Assembly: GCA_016718605.1 (NCBI GenBank)
Contig: JADKCY010000001.1
Coordinates: forward strand, 58,156 to 122,155
Source: Lysobacterales bacterium
Lineage (GTDB): Bacteria > Pseudomonadota > Gammaproteobacteria > Xanthomonadales > Xanthomonadaceae
Direction of reading: 5' to 3'
DNA length: 64,000 nt
In this document: positions 31,338 through 41,043 of the stretch, piece by piece
Numbering within the stretch: position 1 is the first letter of the stretch
Layout: every line of letters begins with the position of its first letter
Program-made: the position numbers and the translations under genes
The notes under the pieces: model-generated
The model's database searches: none
What the model saw: only the letters and a program-made list of their open reading frames with translations
Told to the model about the DNA's origin: nothing

Positions 31338-31522
31338 CAAGACACTGACCTAGCGCAAGCGCTGGTCGTTGATGGATCGGCGTGCCACGGCTTCACTTTC
31401 TCGAACCACCCCTTGTCCCAGCCCGGTTCTTCCGTGGCGCAACCGTCTCGGCAGCGATCGATCAAAGCCACGCCTGTGGCAGGCGGTGACTGATTGATCT
31501 CATTGAACCGTGTGCCGGACGT

Positions 31523-34288
31523 TCAATGGGTCGAAATCCATTCGCGAACGCGTTCCAATTGTGCCCTTACCGGCGGCTGCAGCGAGGCAGTGTCCATCTG
31601 CAACAAAGGGGCAAAAATCTGGTCCCGAAGCAAGGCGATATCGTCGCTAGTCAGCGCTGAGACAGGTAGTCCGGTCAAATTCCACGCAGCAGCCAAAATC
31701 TGTGGATGCCCGATTTCATATGCCGATTGACGCCCGCTCAACACAGCGAGGAAGTCACGTCGTGCAGCCTGATGCCAACCGGCCTGCGCCTGCAGTTGTC
31801 CGCGCAATTCCATGACGTTGAGCGTTTCGGGATGGCCCTCGCCTAGATCGTTCGTACGAATGTCCACGACCCCATCCACCAATGCCAATGCTTCGCTGGG
31901 ATCGCCGAGAAAGCCAAGCACCGAGGCCACACTGGCGATGGATTGCAAGGTATCCGGATGGCGTTCTCCCAGCAAATCGACGCGTGCTGCGACGACTTCA
32001 CGCAACAGCACCACCGCTTCCTGCAGTGCGGCCGTGCGCGCCGGGCCGGGATCTGCGTCCTGCACCGCGCGCGCTAGGGAAGCAGCAAAATTGGCGCGTG
32101 CACGTAAGCTCAAGGGATGCCGCGCACCCAGCACGCGATCCCGCAACTCGACCACCTGCCGTAGCGCCTCGTTGGCCTCTTGGTAGCGCTGCAACCGAAC
32201 CAGTGAAGCCCCTGAATTGCTCAATTGCAGCAAGCTGAACGGATGTTCACGTCCAAGAAGCACCTGCGACCGTTCATACAGACGCTCGCTGATTTCGAGG
32301 GCACCTTCGATATCGCCCATTTCCGCGCGGATAGGAATCACGTTGTTCAATATCTGCATTTGCTCAAGCGTCAGCGCTTCCTCCGTTGAAAGCGCATTCA
32401 ACGTTGCTTCGATTTGCTTGCCTGCCTCGTCGACGCGATTCAGTCGGAGCAAGACCAAGGCATGACGCGATAGCAGCTTTGAACGTAACGCTGTGTTGTC
32501 GGCAAGTGATGCCAAGTGCTGACGCTGCAGGGCTGAACTCAAACGACGCTCGGCTTCGACAAAACGTCCTGCGTCCATGTCGACCTGTGCGAGCACGAAC
32601 TGCAAGTCAATCCACTGCCGCGTGTGGCTGTCCAACACATCAAGGCGGGAGTCAGCGAGTGCCGCTGCTTGCTGTGCCTCTGCAATCTGTCCGGACGCTT
32701 GCAGCGCCACGATCCAGCGACCAAGCGTTTCCAGACTACGCGGGTCATGTTCTGCATGACTGGCGGCGTGCTTGCTGACCAGCTCCCCCAACAGATCGGC
32801 CGCCATTCGTGCATTGCCAATACCTTCATAGGTGTCCGCTACGCTCCCACGTAGTTCGCCAGCCAGACCTGGTTGTTCTGCGAAATCACGCTCGATCGTT
32901 GCCAGTGCCTGCTGCAGAATTTGCTGATCCAGCACGTTGCGAGCCAGATCCACTGGATCGGTCAGATCGAACACGCGTTGCAGGCTCCCCTGCGCATCGG
33001 CATCCATCGCCCGATAGGCGGGCGTACGCTCCACCAGATCGCGCTGCAAAGCCAAGATACCCTGCCCCAATGCGCCAGGATCCAGCGACGCCAACATGCG
33101 TTTTTGAAAGCCCACCACTTGCTGTAATTCGCGCCCACGCGCCTCGGCTTCAGACCGCTGCTCACGTGCTTCGCGAAGACCTAACAATGCCATGCTCAGT
33201 CCCAGCAACAGTGCCAGCAAGACGCTCAACGCACTGACCAGCGCAAGCACATGCCGACGCGCAAACTTGCGCGCGCGATACCATCGCCCTCCCGGGTGCG
33301 CGGCGAGTGGCTGTCGGCGCAAGAATCGGCGTAGATCATCGGCAAATGCGGCCACGGTCGAATATCGATTGGCACGATCAAGCGCAGTCGCACGAATCAC
33401 GATCCAGTCCAACTCGCTTCGCAGCGCCCGGGCCAGATGCCGCAGGGGCATTTGCATCGCGGTGGCCCATTGCCGTTGCGTGCCCAACGCGCGCTTTGCC
33501 AAGCCTTCGGAGGCGCGCGTCATTGGCTGACTCTGGGTGTGTGCCGCGATTTCACGTGAGCTGCGCGCGGGACGTTCACCGGTCAGCAATTCGAACAAGA
33601 CGACACCAAGCGAGTAGATGTCGCTGCGAATATCGAGCGCGCCGAGCGCGGTGTCGGACTGTTCGGGACTCATATATTCAGGCGTGCCCGCTTGCCCGTC
33701 AGCACTGCCCTCCGCGCTGGCAATTCCGAAATCAATCAGTTTGGGCAGCGGACGATCCCTGCCGGTCACCAACACGTTGGCGGGCTTGAGATCACGGTGA
33801 ATGACCCCGCGCTGGTGAGCGTGCTGGACACCTTCCAGCAGTTGCAGAAACAACTCCACTCGCTGCACCAAACCCAGTTGCTGTTCACGGCAGAACCGGG
33901 TCAACGGGACGCCGTCAATGTACTCCATGACCAGATACGGCGTGCCATCGTCAAGCGTTCCGGCGTCAAACAGCTGCGCGATCGCTGGATGCTGCATCTG
34001 GGCGAGCAATTGACGCTCCAGTTCGAACCACGTGCGTTGCCGCAAATCCAGTTGGCGGGCTTTCAATCGTTTGATAGCGACCGTCCGTTGTACCGGCTGC
34101 AACTGCGTGGCGCGATAGACCTCACCCATCCCGCCGGCCGCGATCAAGCTCTCGATACGGTAATCGCCAAGGCGCATTCCAGCCGTCCATGGCTGGCCAT
34201 CACTCGCCATGCCATCGACCGCAGGCACCGCCAATGCCTGCGTCGCCAAATCGGCGTCGGCGCAAGGCGAATCCATTGGATCAGGCAT
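31523..34288 (-). CDS. Hanks-type Ser/Thr protein kinase with TM segment and TPR repeats
   Basis: IAAGGMGEVY, VAIK, HRDLKPANVL, DFGIA, GTPEYMSPEQ; TM ALVSALSVLLALLLGLSMALLGL; TPRs LGREHPFSL, LGARHPLSL, LGERHPDTL. Confidence 0.92.
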   Translation of the reverse strand: MPDPMDSPCADADLATQALAVPAVDGMASDGQPWTAGMRLGDYRIESLIAAGGMGEVYRATQLQPVQRTVAIKRLKARQLDLRQRTWFELERQLLAQMQHPAIAQLFDAGTLDDGTPYLVMEYIDGVPLTRFCREQQLGLVQRVELFLQLLEGVQHAHQRGVIHRDLKPANVLVTGRDRPLPKLIDFGIASAEGSADGQAGTPEYMSPEQSDTALGALDIRSDIYSLGVVLFELLTGERPARSSREIAAHTQSQPMTRASEGLAKRALGTQRQWATAMQMPLRHLARALRSELDWIVIRATALDRANRYSTVAAFADDLRRFLRRQPLAAHPGGRWYRARKFARRHVLALVSALSVLLALLLGLSMALLGLREAREQRSEAEARGRELQQVVGFQKRMLASLDPGALGQGILALQRDLVERTPAYRAMDADAQGSLQRVFDLTDPVDLARNVLDQQILQQALATIERDFAEQPGLAGELRGSVADTYEGIGNARMAADLLGELVSKHAASHAEHDPRSLETLGRWIVALQASGQIAEAQQAAALADSRLDVLDSHTRQWIDLQFVLAQVDMDAGRFVEAERRLSSALQRQHLASLADNTALRSKLLSRHALVLLRLNRVDEAGKQIEATLNALSTEEALTLEQMQILNNVIPIRAEMGDIEGALEISERLYERSQVLLGREHPFSLLQLSNSGASLVRLQRYQEANEALRQVVELRDRVLGARHPLSLRARANFAASLARAVQDADPGPARTAALQEAVVLLREVVAARVDLLGERHPDTLQSIASVASVLGFLGDPSEALALVDGVVDIRTNDLGEGHPETLNVMELRGQLQAQAGWHQAARRDFLAVLSGRQSAYEIGHPQILAAAWNLTGLPVSALTSDDIALLRDQIFAPLLQMDTASLQPPVRAQLERVREWISTH

Positions 34289-34400
34289 GCGATGGGTTCC
34301 GGTCATACAGGAGCAACTGCGCGTTGTGGCAACAGGTCGGATGATAGGCTTGCGCGCCACTTGACGAATAGTTGTCCACGATCCGGGTCGAAGTCCGCCT

Positions 34401-35321
34401 ATGCACGAGCACCCAACAACGCAGCGCACCATCTTCAGTCCCGGACCCCTCTCGCCCGGGCCAAGTTCCGCATGTCTGGTGGTGATTCACGGCGAGGGTT
34501 TGGGTAAACGGCAAGATGTGAGGGAAGAGGTCGTCAAGATTGGCCGAGCGCCCGACTGCACGCTGCTGATCGCTCACCCGAGCATTTCCAGACGCCATTG
34601 CGAGGTTTGGCGCGAGGATGGCCGCTACTGGGTGCGTGATCTTGGCGCCACCAATCGCACACGTGTCAATGATCGTCCCGTGGAACGCATGGAGCTCAAG
34701 GATGGCGACCATTTGACCATTGGCGAGACGCTGTTGAAGTTCATCAGCCACGAGAGTCTCGAAGCGCGATACCACGAAGAGGTGTATCAACTCGCCACCC
34801 AGGATGGTCTGACTGAACTCGCCAATCGCCGTCATTTTGCCGCGCAGATCGACGTCGAAATCGTGCGTTCGCTCCGCCACGCACGCGATATGGCGCTGTG
34901 CATGATCGACATTGATCACTTCAAGCCGATCAATGACCAGTTCGGCCACATCGCTGGCGACCTCGTGCTCAAGCAGATGGCAGCGGTGATTCGTGGCAAC
35001 TTGAGGCGAGAGGACCTTGCCGCCCGTATCGGCGGCGAGGAATTTGCCATCGTCCTGCCAGAAACCGCTGCTGAGAACGCCTGCGTTTTCGCCAACACAC
35101 TGCGCGAGGCTATCGCCGCTGAAATATTCGTACTGGGTGGCGAACCGCGTCACCTGACGGTTAGCATCGGAATTGCGGGCTTGGGCCCTCATGCCAATGA
35201 CCGCAGCAGTTTGATGCGCAACGCCGACAAGGCGCTCTATCACGCCAAGGATGCGGGCCGAAACAGGGTATGCCTGTGTGCGTCCGAGGATTGCGTTTGC
35301 AGGGAAGCCGCATCGGGCTGA
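34401..35321 (+). CDS. FHA-domain diguanylate cyclase
   Basis: FHA motifs IGR, SISRRH, DLGATNRT; GGEEF active site with RxxD I-site (RRED). Confidence 0.9.
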   Translation: MHEHPTTQRTIFSPGPLSPGPSSACLVVIHGEGLGKRQDVREEVVKIGRAPDCTLLIAHPSISRRHCEVWREDGRYWVRDLGATNRTRVNDRPVERMELKDGDHLTIGETLLKFISHESLEARYHEEVYQLATQDGLTELANRRHFAAQIDVEIVRSLRHARDMALCMIDIDHFKPINDQFGHIAGDLVLKQMAAVIRGNLRREDLAARIGGEEFAIVLPETAAENACVFANTLREAIAAEIFVLGGEPRHLTVSIGIAGLGPHANDRSSLMRNADKALYHAKDAGRNRVCLCASEDCVCREAASG

Positions 35322-35426
35322 CGCGTTGCCTCACGAGGTATCCGATCAGGAATCTGCGTACGACGCAGGACGAAGCCGCACTGCATCGACTACAATGCGG
35401 CGGTTTGCCCAGACAGGAGTCGCGCC

Positions 35427-36152
35427 ATGAATACCCGTCCCGTGCAGTATCGACGCGTGCTTCTGAAGCTCTCCGGTGAAGCGCTGATGGGGCGTTTTGA
35501 CTACGGCATCGACCCCGAGGTCATCGCTCGAATCGCGTCCGAGGTCATCGAAGTCAGCAAGGTTGGCGTGCAGATCGGCTTGGTCATCGGCGGCGGAAAC
35601 ATTTTTCGCGGTGCAGGCTTGGCTGCGGGCGGTATGGACCGGGTCACGGGCGACCACATGGGCATGCTGGCGACGATCATGAACGCCCTGGCGATGCAGG
35701 ATGCGCTGGAAAAGCAAGGCGCCTACGCGCGTGTCATGAGCGCAGTGAAGATCAACGCCGTGGCTGAGGACTACATTCGACGCCGCGCCGTGCGCCATCT
35801 GGAAAAAGGTCGCATCGCAATATTTGCCGCCGGCACCGGCAACCCATTCTTCACCACGGACTCAGCCGCTGCACTTCGGGCGGTCGAGATCAACGCAGAC
35901 TTGATGCTCAAGGCAACCAAGGTTGATGGTGTATACGACAGCGACCCGAAGAAAAATCCGAATGCGTTGCGCTACGAGCATCTGACGTATGACGATGTCA
36001 TCGCGCGCAACTTGCAGGTCATGGACACCGCCGCCATCGCGCTGTGCCGAGACTATGGCATGCCGATGCGCATCTACGACATGACCCGCGAAGGCGACCT
36101 CATGCGCATTCTGCAAGGTGACAAGATTGGGACATTGGTGGATCGCGGTTGA
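35427..36152 (+). CDS. pyrH: UMP kinase
   Basis: [33 protein letters not shown]. Confidence 0.97.
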   Translation: MNTRPVQYRRVLLKLSGEALMGRFDYGIDPEVIARIASEVIEVSKVGVQIGLVIGGGNIFRGAGLAAGGMDRVTGDHMGMLATIMNALAMQDALEKQGAYARVMSAVKINAVAEDYIRRRAVRHLEKGRIAIFAAGTGNPFFTTDSAAALRAVEINADLMLKATKVDGVYDSDPKKNPNALRYEHLTYDDVIARNLQVMDTAAIALCRDYGMPMRIYDMTREGDLMRILQGDKIGTLVDRG

Positions 36153-36222
36153 TCGCCCTCCGACTCCTTTGCGCCTCACCGCCTATAATCGCTCCCCGAA
36201 TTGACATACTCAGGCCCCGCAC

Positions 36223-36780
36223 ATGATCAATGACATCAAGAAAGACGCTCAGGCGCGCATGCAGAAGAGCATTGACGCGCTGCGCTTTGAACTTACCAAG
36301 TTGCGCACTGGCCGGGCTTCGACGGCGCTGGTCGACAACATCAAAGTGAATTATTACGGCTCGGAAATGCCTTTGTCGCAGGTGGCCACGGTCGCGGTCG
36401 CTGACGCCCGTTCACTGACCATCACGCCCTGGGAGAAGCCCATGGTCGCCGCGGTGGAAAAGGCGATTTTTGGCTCCGACTTGGGTCTGACCCCGAACAC
36501 CGCCGGTCAGGTCATTCGCATCAACTTGCCGCCACTGACCGAAGAGCGTCGCAAAGAGCTTGCCAAGCACGTTTCTGGCGAGGGTGAAAATGCCAAAGTT
36601 GCCATTCGCAACATTCGTCGCGATGCCTTGCATCAAGTCAAGGAATTGCTGAAGGACAAGTCGATCAGCGAAGACGAAGAACGTCGTGCTGAAACCGATA
36701 TACAAGCGCTCACCGACAAGTCGGTCAAAGATGTCGACGCGGTGACCAAAGCCAAAGAAGATGAGTTGATGGCAGTTTGA
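36223..36780 (+). CDS. frr: Ribosome recycling factor
   Basis: [26 protein letters not shown]. Confidence 0.97.
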   Translation: MINDIKKDAQARMQKSIDALRFELTKLRTGRASTALVDNIKVNYYGSEMPLSQVATVAVADARSLTITPWEKPMVAAVEKAIFGSDLGLTPNTAGQVIRINLPPLTEERRKELAKHVSGEGENAKVAIRNIRRDALHQVKELLKDKSISEDEERRAETDIQALTDKSVKDVDAVTKAKEDELMAV

Positions 36781-36800
36781 GCCCGGCTGCCGCCAACGGC

Positions 36801-37553
36801 ATGAACGAGCACCCTCTGCATTCTGCGGCGCGCAAGCCCCGGCATATTGCCATCATCATGGATGGCAACGGCCGATGGGCCAAAGCACGTCGGCGACCTC
36901 GCACACTCGGCCACCGCGCCGGCGCAAGTGCAGTCAATCTAAGCATCGATTTCTGCATCGCAGAAGGCATCGATACGCTGACCTTGTTCGCATTTTCCAG
37001 CGAAAACTGGCAGCGCCCCGCAGAAGAAGTATCCGCGTTAATGGGCTTGTTTTTGCGCGTACTGGATCGCGAGTTGGACGAACTCCACCGCCGCGATGTG
37101 CGCCTGCGTTTCATCGGTGCAAGGGCAGATTTTTCTGACGAGTTGCAAACGCGGATGCAGGCTGCGGAAATCCTGACTGCTGCCAACAAGACCTTGAATC
37201 TCTGCATTGCCGCAAGTTACGGCGGACGTTGGGATATCACCCAGGCGCTTCGTGCGATTGCGCTTCAGGTCAGGGATGGCGAATTGCAGCCTGAGCAGAT
37301 TGACGAGGCGTTGATTTCACAACACATCTCTCTGGCTGACCTCCCGCAACCCGACCTGTTGATCCGCACCGGTGGAGATCACCGTATCAGCAACTTTCTG
37401 CTCTGGCAGTTGGCTTACACCGAGTTGTATTTCAGCGAAACCTTGTGGCCTGATTTCAATGCTCAGTCATTGCAGGCCGCGCTGGATGACTATGCCCAGC
37501 GCGAACGACGTTTTGGTCTGACCAGCGCCCAACTTCCGGATACTCTCGCGTGA
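36801..37553 (+). CDS. uppS: Undecaprenyl diphosphate synthase
   Basis: HIAIIMDGNGRWA, FSSENW, YGGRWDI, RTGGDHRISNFLLWQ; alternative TTG start at 36777. Confidence 0.95.
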   Translation: MNEHPLHSAARKPRHIAIIMDGNGRWAKARRRPRTLGHRAGASAVNLSIDFCIAEGIDTLTLFAFSSENWQRPAEEVSALMGLFLRVLDRELDELHRRDVRLRFIGARADFSDELQTRMQAAEILTAANKTLNLCIAASYGGRWDITQALRAIALQVRDGELQPEQIDEALISQHISLADLPQPDLLIRTGGDHRISNFLLWQLAYTELYFSETLWPDFNAQSLQAALDDYAQRERRFGLTSAQLPDTLA

Positions 37554-38362
37554 AACAACGCATCCTGACCGCACTGATTCTGGCCCCGCTCGCAATTGGC
37601 CTGTTGCTGTATGCCCCCACGCGTCTATTGCTGCCGCTGGTCGCCGCCTTGTTGCTGATCGGCGTCTGGGAGTGGACGCGCCTCATCGGCTTCAAAACGC
37701 TGTTCAGCCGCGCGTTGCTGCTGCTTCCACCGGTTGCGGTGATGGCATGGTTGGCGCAATTCGGATGGCCCAACCTGTTTCCAACCGCCGTGCTAATGGG
37801 TTTGCTGTGGTGGATGGGCGCCTTGGTATGGCTGTTTTTCCCGCAGGTTGGCTCCCGCCGCACTCGTGGCGTGCGCGCTTGGAAGTACTTGATTATTTTG
37901 TTCATGGTGGTGCCTGCGTGGTGTGCATTGGCATTGCTGCACGCTGAGCCCGACCACGGACCCGCATGGGCATTGTTCGCGGTCATGATTGTCTGGGTCG
38001 CCGATTCCGGCGCGTACTTTGCGGGCAGCCGCTGGGGCCATCGCAAACTCGCCCCGAAAATCAGCCCCGGCAAAACCTGGGCGGGACTGTGGGGCGGTTT
38101 GGCAACCAGCCTGCTTCTCGCTCTGATGATGGCGCTGCTGATGGGCTTCGGTGTGATCGAAACAACGAGCTTGCTCCTGGCAACCGCGTTGACCATGCTG
38201 ATCTCGGTGGTCGGCGATCTGACGGAAAGTTTGATCAAGCGACATGCAGGCGCCAAAGATTCCGGACAGTTGATTCCAGGTCATGGTGGCGTCTTGGACC
38301 GCTTGGACAGTCTGTTTGCAGCACTACCGATTTTTGTGGTGCTGCAATGGACATTGCTGTGA
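37550..38362 (+). CDS. cdsA: Phosphatidate cytidylyltransferase
   Basis: [38 protein letters not shown]. Confidence 0.95.
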   Translation: MKQRILTALILAPLAIGLLLYAPTRLLLPLVAALLLIGVWEWTRLIGFKTLFSRALLLLPPVAVMAWLAQFGWPNLFPTAVLMGLLWWMGALVWLFFPQVGSRRTRGVRAWKYLIILFMVVPAWCALALLHAEPDHGPAWALFAVMIVWVADSGAYFAGSRWGHRKLAPKISPGKTWAGLWGGLATSLLLALMMALLMGFGVIETTSLLLATALTMLISVVGDLTESLIKRHAGAKDSGQLIPGHGGVLDRLDSLFAALPIFVVLQWTLL

Positions 38363-39525
38363 AAGGTATCGCGGTGCTCGGCGCGACAGGATCGATTGGC
38401 AGCAGTGCCTTGGACGTCATCGCGCGCCACCCGGATCGTTTTCGGGTCAACGTTCTGTCCGCTAACACCCAGATTGGCGCATTGCTGAAACTGTGCGTTC
38501 AGTTCAAACCAGCGTTGGCAATCATCAATGACGGCAGCCAGCTTGACGCGCTGGCCTTGGGCTTGCGCAACTTAGGATTGAAGACCGAAGCCGCCGCCGG
38601 ACCGGACGCGCTTTGTCACGCAGCGACGCGATCCGACGTCGACATCGTGGTTGCAGCCATCGTGGGGGCCGCCGGGTTGCGCTCGACACTCGCGGCTGCG
38701 CAGGCGGGCAAGCGTCTGTTGCTCGCCAACAAGGAATCGATCGTCGTCGCGGGGTCGTTGTTGATGCAGGCAGTCCGCGATGGCGGTGCCGAACTCATCC
38801 CGATCGATAGTGAACACAGTGCACTGTTCCAGTGTTTGCCGGGACCAGCGCTAGGCCGCGCAGCCACGCCCGAGGTTCGTCGCTTGATCCTCACCGCATC
38901 CGGGGGGCCATTCCGTGGTTGGCGCCGCGACCAATTGGAGCATGTCACGCCACAGCAGGCCTGTGCACATCCGCGGTGGTCAATGGGGCAGAAGATCTCG
39001 ATCGATTCAGCGACCCTGATGAACAAGGGCCTTGAGGTCATCGAAGCACATTGGTTGTTCGGTGCCGCACCGCAATGCATTGAAGTCGTCGTGCACCCGC
39101 AAAGCATCGTTCACTCTCTGGTCGACTATGTTGATGGCTCGATGCTGGCTCAGCTTGGCGCACCCGATATGCGAACAGCGCTTGCGTACGGCCTTGCGTG
39201 GCCAGACAGGATGACTGCCGGTGTGGCTCCACTTGACCTTCTGCAATTGGGCCGAATGGATTTTGAGGCACCTGATACACAGTCCTTCCCCTGCCTTGGC
39301 TTGGCATTTGCTGCGCTGGAACAAGGCCAAAGCGCCACGACCGTGCTAAATGCAGCCAACGAAATGGCCGTTTCAGGCTTTCTTCAGGGGCAATTGCGTT
39401 TTCTAACCATTGCTGACCACATCGGGCGCATGCTGGAGCAGTTCGGGTCTGAACGTGCCTCGTCGCTGGACGAACTGTTGGAACTGGATCGGCGTGTCCG
39501 CTTAGAACCCCTGCCCCATCACTGA
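38359..39525 (+). CDS. dxr: 1-deoxy-D-xylulose 5-phosphate reductoisomerase
   Basis: [43 protein letters not shown]. Confidence 0.96.
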   Translation: MKGIAVLGATGSIGSSALDVIARHPDRFRVNVLSANTQIGALLKLCVQFKPALAIINDGSQLDALALGLRNLGLKTEAAAGPDALCHAATRSDVDIVVAAIVGAAGLRSTLAAAQAGKRLLLANKESIVVAGSLLMQAVRDGGAELIPIDSEHSALFQCLPGPALGRAATPEVRRLILTASGGPFRGWRRDQLEHVTPQQACAHPRWSMGQKISIDSATLMNKGLEVIEAHWLFGAAPQCIEVVVHPQSIVHSLVDYVDGSMLAQLGAPDMRTALAYGLAWPDRMTAGVAPLDLLQLGRMDFEAPDTQSFPCLGLAFAALEQGQSATTVLNAANEMAVSGFLQGQLRFLTIADHIGRMLEQFGSERASSLDELLELDRRVRLEPLPHH

Positions 39526-39539
39526 CCTAGGCTAACCGC

Positions 39540-40889
39540 ATGCAGGATTTTTTTGGCTCCATCTGGTGGTTGATCGTCAGTCTCGGCGTACTGGTGACAT
39601 TCCATGAGTTCGGCCATTTTTGGGTCGCTCGACGGTTCGGCGTGCGCGTGCTGCGATTTTCGGTGGGGTTTGGCAAACCACTGTGGTCAAGGACAGGCAA
39701 AGATGGCACCGAATATGTCATCGCCGCGATTCCACTGGGTGGTTACGTCAAAATGCTCGATGAGCGTGAATACGATGTGCCGCCGCACGCCTTGGATTCA
39801 GCCTTCAATCGCAAACCGGTCTGGCAACGTTTTGCCATCGTCGCTGCCGGACCGGCATTCAACCTGCTGCTTTGTATCGTGCTCCTGTGGGGCATGTTTG
39901 TCATCGGCAAGGACGACTACTTGCCCATCGTTGGCCGCAGCACAGGAATCGCGGCAAATGCTGGGATCGCTGAAGGCGACCTCCTGCTACGCATCGGTGA
40001 TCGCGAGGTCAGCACCTGGACCGATGCCAACATGCTGCTCTTGGCCGCAGGCTTGGATCGCGCCCCGCTCAGCGTCGAAGTGCAGCGCGGAACCGACTCC
40101 CCACGCACGGAAACCCTTGATTTCTCGCAGCTTCCGGCCAACGCAGACGAAACCACCCTGTTTCGCGACATTGGTCTGGTTCCGCAGCAACTGCTGTTGC
40201 CCGCCCGCGTTGGCAAGGTAGCTGACGCTTCTGCGGCAGCGAAGGCTGGCGTGCTCGTGGATGATCTGATCCTCGCCATCAACGAACGGGATATTCGGTT
40301 TTGGGACGAGGTCCCCAGCGTTCTGCAGGACGAAGCCACGCATCAACAGCCGGTGACTCTGCGCCTGCGACGCGCAGGTGAAACTCGCATGATCCAGTTG
40401 CAACCCGATTTTAACGTTGAAGCACAACGCTGGATGCTGGGGGTCGAAGTCGCTCGAGTCAATGCTCCGCATGACGCCAAGCTGCGCTACGGACCATTGG
40501 CAGCGATTCCGGCCAGTCTGGCGGAAACCTGGCGACTGACCGAGTCCAGCCTCGGCATGCTTTACCGGATGGTAACTGGCGTTGCCTCGACGAAGAACCT
40601 CTCTGGGCCGATTTCCATCGCGCAATATGCCAACGCTTCCGCACAGATGGGCGCCGCGTGGTTCCTGTTTTTCCTGGCCGTGCTCTCGTTGAGCCTCTGC
40701 ATCATGAACCTTCTGCCGATTCCAATCTTGGACGGCGGACACCTGCTGTATTACCTTATCGAAATGATCAAGGGTAGCCCGGTCAGCGAGCGCACCATGA
40801 TGGTTGGACAGTACGTTGGAATGGCATTCTTGGCTGGATTGATGGGAATCGCCTTCTATAACGACATCCTCCGTCAGTTCGCATCCTGA
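39540..40889 (+). CDS. rseP: RIP metalloprotease RseP
   Basis: HEFGH, IPLGGYVKM, two PDZ-like regions, NLLPIPILDGGH. Confidence 0.96.
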   Translation: MQDFFGSIWWLIVSLGVLVTFHEFGHFWVARRFGVRVLRFSVGFGKPLWSRTGKDGTEYVIAAIPLGGYVKMLDEREYDVPPHALDSAFNRKPVWQRFAIVAAGPAFNLLLCIVLLWGMFVIGKDDYLPIVGRSTGIAANAGIAEGDLLLRIGDREVSTWTDANMLLLAAGLDRAPLSVEVQRGTDSPRTETLDFSQLPANADETTLFRDIGLVPQQLLLPARVGKVADASAAAKAGVLVDDLILAINERDIRFWDEVPSVLQDEATHQQPVTLRLRRAGETRMIQLQPDFNVEAQRWMLGVEVARVNAPHDAKLRYGPLAAIPASLAETWRLTESSLGMLYRMVTGVASTKNLSGPISIAQYANASAQMGAAWFLFFLAVLSLSLCIMNLLPIPILDGGHLLYYLIEMIKGSPVSERTMMVGQYVGMAFLAGLMGIAFYNDILRQFAS

Positions 40890-41043
40890 GCGACGGATTT
40901 CTACCCACGGCAGGCGGGCTGGCCCGGCATCGCTTGCTTCATGTTCCCGCGGGGATCGTCGCTTGGCTTGACCAGTGCGGCGCGCTCTGCGGGTTTCGCC
41001 TGAGGAGCATTGGCTTTTCGGGTGCCCAACTTCGGAAGTGACA

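Noticed and set aside
31253-31471. 72-aa minus-strand ORF in the DMT/kinase gap
   Set aside because: Overlaps the DMT gene, has no clear RBS and no recognisable motif
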